From contig CM120640.1 in the NCBI GenBank assembly GCA_051362555.1, forward strand, positions 50,074,788-50,138,787: a stretch of DNA of 64,000 nucleotides. The letters run 5' to 3'. Both the position numbers and the translations under genes were made by a program. The notes below the pieces were generated by a model. That model was not told the origin of the DNA. It saw nothing but the letters and a program-made list of their open reading frames with translations, and made no database searches. This document shows positions 12,458 through 23,500 of this stretch, one piece after another (within the stretch, counting starts at the first letter, position 1; the number at the start of each line of letters is the position of its first letter). This DNA comes from Lingula anatina (Eukaryota; Animalia; Brachiopoda).

Positions 12458-15400
12458 TGAATATCTTTTGAAATAAAACTTCACTGTACAAAGTCAACAT
12501 TTGCAGTTTTTCATTCTTGTTAATCACTAAACTCACATATTTTGGCAGATGTACCAATTGTAGCATAACATGTGATGCATACAGTTCAGGGCAATTAAGG
12601 AAACTGTCATCAATTTGTCAGACAGATTATTAACAATGTCAAAAGGCAAGAAGAATGCTAGATTGAGTTCAGAATTGAAAACTTTAAGAGGCTATACATA
12701 CACTGATTTACTGTAGGTTGTATTAATTTACCTTTGTCAAATATAACTTTCATACATTGTGTTAGCAGAAGAAGGATTTTTTAGAATAAGTATGCAGGGA
12801 AGAAAAGAGGAGTAAGTATTTCATAATTTGAGAAAGTCAGAGACATTGTTTATGTGACATTGCTATAAATATAATTAATAAATGAAAGCCCATGCTTGCA
12901 ACTTTTAGGGAAGGCAAAGAGCCAGAGGGTACCACAGAAGAACAGATATGGTATGCAAAGAAACTTACTTTATCTGCCTTCCACCCTGACACAGGTGAGA
13001 GACAGAATGTCATAGGAAGAATGTCATTCCAAGTTCCTGGAGGCATGTTAATCACTGGATGTCTGCTGCAGTTCTACAGGTCTCTCTTATTCTTTTTTTC
13101 TCTCTTACACAAAAGATATTTAATATTGGAAATAATTATGACATTTGCTATATGAGGAACAGCTGTCATATTTCATATGATCTATTTGTACTTCTAGAAC
13201 CAGTGCTGCTGTGGTCTTCTGGCAGTGGGTAAATCAGTCCTTTAATGCATTGGTTAATTACACCAACAGAAATGCTCAGGCCTCAATCACTAACCAGTAA
13301 GTTGTTTATAGATTATAAAATCACACTGATAATTACTTTTTGACTCGTGGAGTAATTCATTCACAGATATATTTGTAAAAGTATTATAAATTTAAGTATG
13401 AAAAAACTTAATTAGTACTATCTTAGATAAAAGAATTAAGAACTGTGTGACTGTCCTAATGTCTGGCTTTGTCATCAGTAGCTTGATAACTACATGTCAC
13501 TTTCATTAGAACTATCTGTTAGAACTGTTTGAACTAGTACTACGATTGAGTAAAGTTTTTGGGTGTAAGATGAGTCACTGTGGAGGTGATTTCCTTTCAT
13601 TCTTTTATAGAAACAGGGTCTCTATGTATATTTATATTTAAGTGCGTAGTAGGATTGCCTCCTAGTGTTTCTCACTCTCAAAAGGAAATGGCATACGTGA
13701 CAAAATTATACTTTACTAAGTGTTACCATATATTCTTCTGAATTTTCAATAATATAAATATGACTTTCCTTCCAAACTTGTTACTAACAGTTGTACACAT
13801 TGTTGTCTCTCTCTCTCTTGGTGGTGGCCCTTTGTTAATTGCCATATGTTAGTACTGTCTATAAGAACTTTCTGAACTTAGGCTTCGTTCACATGCAATG
13901 TCTATTTTCTAAATTCTATTTTCTATTCGCGCTATCTTATGATCACGGTCTGTGCACTCAATATCCCGCCGCGTAATTACTGGCAGCGCGAGCCAGTTAC
14001 TTATAGTAACTTATAGTAACTGGCTCGCGCTGCCAGTAATTACGCGGCGGGATATTCAGTGCATAGACCGTGATCATAAGACATGCCGCAAATAGAAAAT
14101 AGAATTTAGAAAATAGACATTGCATGTGAACGAAGCCTTACTTAAATTTAATGCTAAATATCCATAAATGGTCATCTTGTCATCATGCATGTTTTTATCT
14201 TTTACAACAGACATTTTCCTGTCTGTCATGGGAGACACACCAGCTGTATCAACCAATTTTATCCCATCTATTAAAACAATACATCCCAATTCTAAAAACA
14301 AGAATTGTCCATGTAGCTAGTTAAGATAAAACTTATAGTATCAACGTTATCTTAAATCACAACACTACAGGAACATTAATACACTAAGAGTGAATGAGTA
14401 CAATTAGAATTGAATCAACTTTTAATTTGCTTTTATTTATCATATTATTATGATATTGAAGGGTATTATCAGCTTTAAAAATATTCTTATAGCAGACTGT
14501 ATATCATATCTTTGTAATGCAACCAAGCCATATAGATCATCTGTCATACTCACCTTTCACAAAATCAATAAAATGGGTCAATTATGAGAGACATTGAAGA
14601 AAAATGTTGAGCTGAAGCTCTCAGATTTTTCACAGAGCTACTATAAAATCATAAATGTAAAGAATATTTCTACCAAATTTCAATTCATACTGTTTAGCAT
14701 ATTATGAAATTAAATGCTTCCAAGTTGATGATAAAATACAGCTTTCAAGATGTTGACAAAATTGGAACTGTGTCCTTACTGCATCCATTGTGCTGGATGT
14801 TTTGTTTTGTCCTGATATTTAGTTGACAGATTATAATAGAATCCAAATTTTGAGCTGCAGATAAATGAAATTGAACTTTTTATGACTTTAAATTGTAAGT
14901 GCAAAAAAAAAAGTTTTATGACTTTAAATTTTTTAGCAAAAAAAAAAAAAAAAAAATACATACATACATACATACATACATATATTAGTAATGCTGATTT
15001 GATACTATACATATCTGACTGGAGAGAGGAATGAGGTCATGTTTATACATCCCACACACACAAAAGTTGGCAAACAAGTTTGGAGTGCAAGTTTGGAGGA
15101 AATAATTCATTTCAAATGGAAAAAATGCATTGGGTATTGAGGTGGAAAAGTACAATTGATCACAGGGAAACCCTTAATGATGTTGCTTTTATACTTTTAA
15201 TAATACATACCCCTTTAAATATTTTTTAAATATACTGACTGACCAAAGAATTCAGTTGCAGAATTTTTTTTTTAAATAAAAAATGAATTTTGTCTACAAA
15301 CTATGTTTACATACATGTAGAGTCACCACTTGGTCTGGTATTACATTAAAAAAAATTCCTTTAAGTCACGCCCCTTATTTTTTACATATTTTTTACTAGG

Positions 15401-18400
15401 CAGATAGCTGTTGCATATGTGTCTGCTACCTCTTCTGCTGTAGTCACTGCTATTGGACTCAAGACTTTTTTATCTAAGGTACAAATCTATTATATATTTC
15501 CTTCTGATTATGTTTCCTGTTGAATTCAGTTAATTATAACTTTTTCTTAGAAAGGAAATACTAAAGCAATAACATGTGAATCCCATATGTGTCACATCAA
15601 ATTATGAGAGGTGGGTCAAGGAGGTAATATGCCATTTGCAGCTAGATACGGCATTGCATAGTGAATAGTGCTCATTCTCATAGTAACACTCTCTGAGGAC
15701 AACCACGGTGTTACTGAATGCTTTTTAAGATAGTAGGTTTTGTAAGTTTGTTCATATAACATTATCAACATACTACAAAAATGAATTTCGATCTGACAAG
15801 TGTTTTGTTAAGCACATCCCTTGAAGGTGGTTCCTACACAGGAGGTTGACCCCACATTTGTAGTTTTTGAGCCACCTTTGCTCAAACATTACTCTAAATG
15901 ATGATTAATTTAATTTCCAGAGAACTACATCAACATTGTTGCAGAGGTTTGTCCCGTTTGCTGCTGTAGCTGCTGCTAACATGGTGAACATTCCTCTTAT
16001 GAGACAGAGGTACTGCATGTTTTGTTTGTAATCAAGTGAGGACCTTATAAATGAAACTGCCATTTGTTACATCGAGCTGCAGATTAGTGATTTCAATCAC
16101 TGAATTTATGACTGGACAGCTATATTTTATTGTCCAATTACACAAATACTGACTGTACGTGTCATTAACTGGGAATCACAAATCTGCTCACTACCCCTTC
16201 CGTATGTGAGATTATTGAGAGCGCATTACGTACTCCCATATTTATTTAGGAAAGGAAATAGAAGATTATAGAAATGTATTACAAGTAGTTTTATAGAAGA
16301 TTATAGAAATCAGTTACTTTCATTCTTTGTGAAGGTTTTTTTTCCTCAATTTTTAAATGAAAAGGTATATATATAAGGTATTTGTTGGTTGGCTGTCTCA
16401 AAGAAAACACTAAGCTTTTAAGTATTATCAGAACTGGCAATCTAAATTGCTTATTCATGGATCCAATTCACAAATGGCAATTATTGTTCAAGATGCCTGA
16501 AGTGTTTACAGCTTTTCTGTAATACTTTTCCTACATCCAGCATGAAGATGTGTATATATTCTTTGCGATGTATCTCCCAATTTCCTTGTATATTTACAGT
16601 GCTTGTTAATTGATTAAGCCCCAAGGTCTGTCATTTTTATTCAACAAAGGAAAAAGGGGCCATGACAATGATGTAAAAGTAGATAAATAGTAAATGAGAC
16701 TTTTTTGGTTTTCCTAATTGAAGTACAAGAGCTGCACCTTTGGTCATTTCAGTGAGTTAATAGATGGAATAGCAGTATTTGATGAGAATGGGAAAAGGGT
16801 ATCAGAGTCAAGGGTAAGAATGTTTTTTTTTTTTTTTTTTTTGTTTTTTTTGCACTGTAAAATTTTTCTTTTGTTATTCATGATAAACTGCAAAGATATT
16901 GTGCTAGAAATGTCAGTGAGTCACAAATTGAAAGCACCTTTGTTTCTTTACAGTGAACAATTCAATTGCTTTTTAGATATAAGAGACGATAAACAACTCC
17001 CTGCTAAGAGTGGTCAAATATTTGCTTATAAATTTGTGTTTTAATGAATATATTCTTTCTGAATCAGTTAATTTTATAATAGTGAAAATCTTTTTTCTTT
17101 TTTCAGTATGGTGCAGCAAAGGGAATCAGCCAGGTTGTGTTTTCTAGGATTGCAATGGCCACCCCTGGAATGTGTAGGTCTTCCCACATTGCATTATATA
17201 TTGAACTAATGTGAACAAAATGGTTTTAAAAACAAGATGGATTGCATAGTTATAGACTTTGCAATATATTTGAATAATTGGTTTCCACTTGAAAATTAAA
17301 TTTAATGCAAAGGGTTCCATTTATACTGGTTGCTGATTAATTTAAAAATAGACTTCTGCAGCATGTGATGTTATCAAACCTAATGTACGTATGGGGAATT
17401 TATAAAAAAATGTGACAGGTTCTTTTTGCTTCACACTTTACTGTCCAGTGGTTATTATTCTCTGTCTCAATTTTTAGTATTAACGCCAGTCATTATGGAA
17501 AGATTAGAAAAATATAGATGGATGCAGAGGATTAAACCAGCCCATGTTTTTATACAAACATTGATAGTAGGATGCTTGTAAGTAAACAGCTTTACTGAGC
17601 AGTGCTGTGCATTATTTAATGGGTTATATAAAACTCCAGTGATTTAGACCTTAGATAGCCTGTGGTAGTTGACACAGATCTCATGTTTTTACCTGCTACA
17701 GACGTTTAAGATCTTAATTCATATAAATGAGTAATTTTCTACCCAAGCAGTTATGGTTCATTGTAAAACAAATATAGTGAATAATTTGATGCTAGCATTC
17801 AATGATTGGAAATTTATTTCACCTTCAGCCTTCTTTTCATGACACCAACTGCATGTGCCTTATTCCCACAGAAATGGTAAGATATTTAAAGCAGTTTTAC
17901 TTACATTTTCAGCATATAAATTTGTGCTTGTGTGGTTAGCTTTAGACCAATTTCTTTTGCACTTTTTCGTTTCATCTTCAGTGTTATATTTACCACTCCC
18001 ACTGCATGTGCCTTCTTCCCACAAAGATGGTAAGACCTGCATTTACTGGTTTCTTTTTCTCCTTTAAATATCTTCTTTCTTTATTTTAAAGTGTAGAATA
18101 ATTCACGAGGGTTAACATGTTGCATCTTAATCCACGAGTTTTAAAATATGTTTATTTCACTTTAATATAACAATTAAAATGGAGTTTATTTAGTTAAATG
18201 TTGTGTGTCACATCTGGATGCACATGGGCTTTTGTGGGGTTAAACATGAAGAGTATGAAGATAGCCCCTCTCACCTGCTTAAAAATAATAATTGATGCTT
18301 TTTTTTCACTAACAAATAGGGAACAGGTAGATACAAATAATTAGTGCTTTTTCCACTTACAAAAAGTTAACAAGTAGATACAAAGCTGTGTGATTAAATT

Positions 18401-18881
18401 GAGTAGTTTCTAAACATACTAAGACCGCATTCACAACGAGTTGAGCCATGGATCTACAAAGTCGCGTACTAAATATGGCGGGCGTACATTAAAGGAAAAC
18501 CACCTAATCTTTTAATAGTCTCTCCGCCTCTCACACGCCTCCCCATGTGTCGTCCCAATGGAGGTGAGATTTATTGACTGTACCCCCGCAGGAACGACAC
18601 ATGGGGAGGCGTGTGAGAGGCGGAGAGACTATTAAAAGATTAGGCGTTTTTTCTTTTATGTACGTCCGCCATATTTAGTATGCGACTTTGTAGATCCATG
18701 GCTCAACTCATTGTGAATGCGGTCTAATTAACTTAAGTAGCATGTTGCTGAATCTCATTATTCTTTCAGCTCTATCAATCTAGAGAAAATGAGGCTTGTA
18801 GACTCCAAGAAGTATGAGGCTATAATGACAGGATATGGAGATGCCCCACCGAAGAAACTATACTTCAACAAAGGTTTATAA
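11877..18881 (+). CDS. SFXN2: Sideroflexin-2-like mitochondrial inner-membrane transporter
   Basis: Exons 11877-12055, 12909-13079, 13198-13296, 15400-15478, 15921-16009, 16753-16813, 17107-17173, 17478-17577, [17829-17876 or 17982-18029], 18770-18881 (TAA). Motifs [66 protein letters not shown] and C-terminal YFNKGL. Exact start Met (11877 or 11883) uncertain. Confidence 0.93.
13881..14137. mobile_element. Fold-back MITE (PIF/Harbinger/Tourist-like)
   Basis: Near-perfect 257-bp palindrome GGCTTCGTTCACATGC...GCATGTGAACGAAGCC with TTA target-site duplication at 13878-13880 and 14138-14140. Confidence 0.9.
17829..17876 (+). CDS. SFXN2: SFXN2 duplicated exon A (48 nt, phase 2-2; [17 protein letters not shown])
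   Basis: ttcag acceptor and GTAAGA donor; matches the single sideroflexin segment of FLIFMVPVACGLFPQKC type. Confidence 0.85.
17982..18029 (+). CDS. SFXN2: SFXN2 duplicated exon B (48 nt, phase 2-2; [17 protein letters not shown])
   Basis: Long polypyrimidine tract with ttcag acceptor, GTAAGA donor, same length and phase as exon A, open frame. Confidence 0.8.
18423..18724. mobile_element. Fold-back MITE (PIF/Harbinger-like), family B copy 1
   Basis: Long TIRs GACCGCATTCACAA.../...TTGTGAATGCGGTC with TAA TSD. Shares cctaatcttttaatagtctctccgcctc with 32869-33414. Confidence 0.9.
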
Positions 18882-19295
18882 AGCATGCAACTGTTACACC
18901 TGTTGATATTTATCCAGTCTTCCCAGTAATTGATTTAACTCTGTAGTTCAAAATATTGTAATTTGCTCAATAATGTCGAAGCAGATAAATCATAGCATGC
19001 GACATTCTGATGATGCTGACACCTGTATTCACAGTGATTAACTGAACACCAGAACCAAGAAAAGCATCTGCACTGACAACAGATTTTGGGGTTTTTTCCA
19101 GTTAACTGTGCAATTGGAATTTTGTGAAGGGTCCAACATTAAAATAGGTTCACAACATTGTGTTCAATTTATAATTTAGCAAATGCATGTTTTCGTTCTT
19201 GCATTGCTCTCGATGCCAGTCTCAATTCAACTTAAATTTTCTTAGCACACTGACAGGGTTGTTATGTTCTTAATTCAATTCTTATTAAGAGGGGG

Positions 19296-19330
<35 letters not shown>
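19296..19330. repeat. (TAA)n microsatellite; (AAT)n also at ~43420-43450 and (AAT)n(GAA)n at ~39290-39332
   Basis: Directly visible trinucleotide runs. Confidence 0.9.
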
Positions 19331-19331
<1 letters not shown>

Positions 19332-20554
19332 TTTCATTTGGTTCATGATTACATATGCAAATATTTGGTACCTGGCCAACATTGTAATGTATGTCATGAA
19401 TGTATGCCCAGCTCTGCAGAAATTTATATCGATGACAGTAATTAATTGAAAAAGGGAGGCTAATTATGTGAGAATAAGTTTACTTCTCTTTTTACAATTT
19501 TGGACTTTTCAAATGTAAAAATGACTGAACTGTACTGAAACTAACATGACTACAAAAACTAGAATAATAAAATGTATGAAAATATAAATCAGTTGAATTG
19601 TACAATTTCATGAGCACTGACATAAATACCTGTACTGTAAAAAGATGAAAAACTATACATTTATTTGATAAAGTTTTTATAAATTATAAACATATAATAG
19701 AGAAGTAATTTGATAGTATAATCTGTATAAATTATATACAGAAGAGTCCAGTAGGACAAATTGCACAAAACATGTTTGATTATTGAAATAAAGAAAGTGG
19801 GTGATAACTAAAAAGAAAAATATGAATTCGATGTAAACTAACGACTTTCTCATTGTTTGAAAACAGACAATCAAAATGTATCAAGTTAAGTCACTACACT
19901 CTCACAGTTTTGTCCAGTCCAAACAGACAATTAGAGCTCTACATTACCTCTTTTGCATGTAAATGTGCTTTTCTATTGGAATGTATACTTTCACCAAATC
20001 AATTTTCAGTAAATTAACATTTTGGATATAAAACCCTTGCCGGAGGTGCCCATGAATTTTTCTGAGAAGTAAATTATACTGTGTGAAGTGACCTCATAAA
20101 TCTCAGCTACCCCTATACATAAAATTCGATTCTCTGCGTTTTTTTTTTTTTTTTTTTTTTTTTTCATGTAGTAATCAAACTAGAGGTTTCTTCAAATCAA
20201 CTCAAATCGTGTCTAATGTAGAATCCAAGAACCAAAAACAACATTTGGTTAACACTAAAAATAAATTACCCAATGTTACTAAAAGAGAAAATTATGCAAT
20301 CAAAAGTTGAGCCATTAAATTATAGTGTTTTTGTCCTTTTTGGTAACATTAAGGTATTTCATTCTGGTTGTTAATGAGTTCTTGTTTTTCAATAAAATTT
20401 TTAGAAACATATCAGGCAAGTAGTTTCAGTTGTAGGTTTCGGTAAAAAAATGCTATCAAATATAGAAAATAATTTAATTGAATTCTGTGGGGCATTAACA
20501 ACTGTTGTAAACAAAGAATGAATAAGCATCCCCGGTAAATGATGAAAAAATTGG

Positions 20555-23500
20555 TTAACTACAGAAAGTCTCAATGATGGACTCTATACAATCAAAATAC
20601 ATCTCCATTCTGGGTGTTTGTCCACTTTCTCTTTGTGAAAACTTTGCCCTGAGTTCTTGGACTACCTCTGTGACTCTGTCCTCACTCTCTGTGTTTTCTG
20701 AGATAATGCTCTGTCTGGCCCAGATGGGCATGTAGATGTTCTCTGGTGTAACAAAGAAAATGTATAAATAAACCAACCTGTTGACTAACTTTAGACAAAA
20801 TGCATTTCAGCATCAAACTGTATTTAATTTATTGTTGTGCAGCAATAAGTGAGAGACTCTGATTACCAGCAATAAAAAAACTTGGTCTAGAAAATAACTG
20901 GAGAGGCCAAATTGGACTGTAAAATAAAAAATTTACATGCGAGTTAAAAGGGCAAAATATATCAAAATTTTTGTTACCTTTTTTTATCCTTACATAACTT
21001 TCCACTAACATGAACAGAAGCATCACCAGTTCCTCCATGTCACTTGTGTTGTGTCCTGGGCAAGGCTTGTGATCCTGATCCTCAGGGGTGGGGCTACAGC
21101 CTGGGGATGAGGGAGGGGTCAAGTTACCAGTGGCACGTGGCGGGGGAACACAGTCTTTGTAACATTCCAGCATATCCAAAAGACTACCATGGCCATTTTT
21201 CATGTATATAGCATAGTCTCCATCACAGTAATCCTCCAGAATCCTTTGCACTACATGAAGTCGCAGAAGATGATTACATATTGTAGACAGCAGAAGATGA
21301 CGTGTTTCTTTACTTGGCTGCATTATGTAATTTCTGGCCAGTTCAACTGCAATTTTTCTAGCACTGTCAATGGGATGTGGAGTCACGCTCAAAGAGAGTG
21401 ACAACAGTTTCTGAATGAGGGGCAAGACTTCTGGTACATCCTTGTGGCACACAGAACTATCATCCTCACTCAGTGCAATTTCTCTTTTTACATTGTGTTT
21501 TGAGAATGAAGCTGTGACATTGTCATGTTCCCCCAAAACAAAGCAACTACACAACCATGCCAATATTTGTTGCACATGTTGGAAGTTGCTTTCAGCACAG
21601 AGCCACCTATATACCACAGACTTCTTGACATCTCTCTGATCAGATAAGTTGTGCTGTGCCAATTCCATCTCCAGGTAACTGACTATTATTTCAAGCCCTA
21701 GCGCAGTACTGGCAACAGACAGAGGCTCTTGCTCATTCACACTGTCAGGAAGGCTCAGACATCTGAGAATGTGTTCAATATGATCCCACTGGAAAGGAAT
21801 ATTCCTCTTTGGGGGATGAAGAGTCTGAACATGTTTAAGTGCCTTATAAGCCTTGCTGGTGATTGTATAATCTTTACTTATAATGAGTATGTCTTTCAAA
21901 ATGTCAACAACCATCTTTTCTGAAGGGCGCATTCTGCTAGTGGTAAAATCCTCCACCATTTTGGTCACATGAAAGTTAAATGAATTTCCTTCTTCCAAGC
22001 AAGCCTCTATGGAATGAACTTGTGCAGACGTGAATGACTTTGGTTGTACATCACTGCCTAAATTGGCATCTATACCTGGTTTACTGACCAGAAGTTGATG
22101 GCTACTTGTACTGAATTTCCTGAGTGAACTCACACTGGTTTGTTGTTCTTCTTCTTCTTCATCCTCTGGTGGTGCATCAGTAGAATGTAGCAAATGCTGA
22201 AGCGAGGTTCGCACAATCTGGTCAGATACATTCCTTTCTGCCTTCAAGTGTTTTTTGGGTGATGCACATTCAAAATCACTATCTTCTTCAACAGCAGATT
22301 TTCTTCGTTTTTTGCTGAATGTGCAGTCATCTTTCCAATCAGTGTGAAAAGTATGCTCTCTTTCTTTTCTTTTTACAATACCTGTACATTTTTGAACTTC
22401 TGTGATCCTGCGTTTCTTTTTGCAAGATTTGGCACCCTCCCTTTGTTTTTTCTCTTTCAACACATTAGGACATAAAGACAGGGGCTGATTTATCTCATTG
22501 TCACTGTCACTGACAAGATCAATCAATACTTCCTCAAGACCAAGATCTCCCTCAAAATGCTGTTTACTGTATGTATCTTTGTGTAAGGGGATCCCCTCTT
22601 CAGTATCAGAGTTGCTTATATCACTGTAACAGAAAATGGGCCTTGATTTGGACTTCTCTGTATCTGACTCACTGCTTATGTCACTACAGTCCAATACATG
22701 GTATCCGTTTTCTGCTGATGATTGTCTGGTAACACTATGATCTGCTTCTGATTCACAATCACTTATATCACTGTACTGATTAGTATCATACCTTTTCTTT
22801 TTAGCAGGACTTTCCTGATCATCGTCAAAGTTTCCTTGTTGTTGTACTCTACTCGGTGCCACTTTTAATTTTGATACAGCAGTTCTCAGCTTCTTTAAAT
22901 TAAGACTGATGTTTGATTTATTTTTTATGTCTTTCAAAGTATGTTCTTTTTGAGCAGTAAAGTCATTTGAGATTTTGTGATAGCATTCTTTTTCTAGAAA
23001 CTGTGTGGTATCCTCACTGTCACAGCCTAACTGGTTTTCTTTTCTGGTAGTTTGCTGGGACAATAAAGAAAAACTTCCAAACTCTCCTCCATCCAACTGG
23101 TAATCAGTCTTTACATCTGGTGGTGGTGTGTCTTGCTCTTTATAGGTCTGGGGAAGAAAATAATGGTGTTATATAGTTTTAAACAAATCTCTAAGGATTT
23201 AAAGTAAATTATCCCAAGGTCAGCGCTTTGAACAGTAGGATAAGGGCACTTGCTTTTCACCTACATGCTCGCCTGTATTTTTTTAGCTTTGGCATTCATC
23301 CTGTTGTTCTAAGTGCCAGCCTTGGAATAAGTCAGTTGCAGCAAGAAGCAACTTCTTGGTTACAGCTACTCATTGTCCATTGTCCACTCGCTATAATTAG
23401 GCTGATATAATTAGGCTCAGCTGTGCCTCATTATTATTATGCTCTTGTATGTTGCATGCAGCAGACAACTCATGTTGCAACTAGTCTTTAAAGTGTTAAA

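Noticed and set aside
20829-20977. C-terminal ~50 aa of the 755-aa ORF
   Set aside because: Probably intron read-through: a GTAAC donor at 20977 splices in phase to the terminal exon at 20742.
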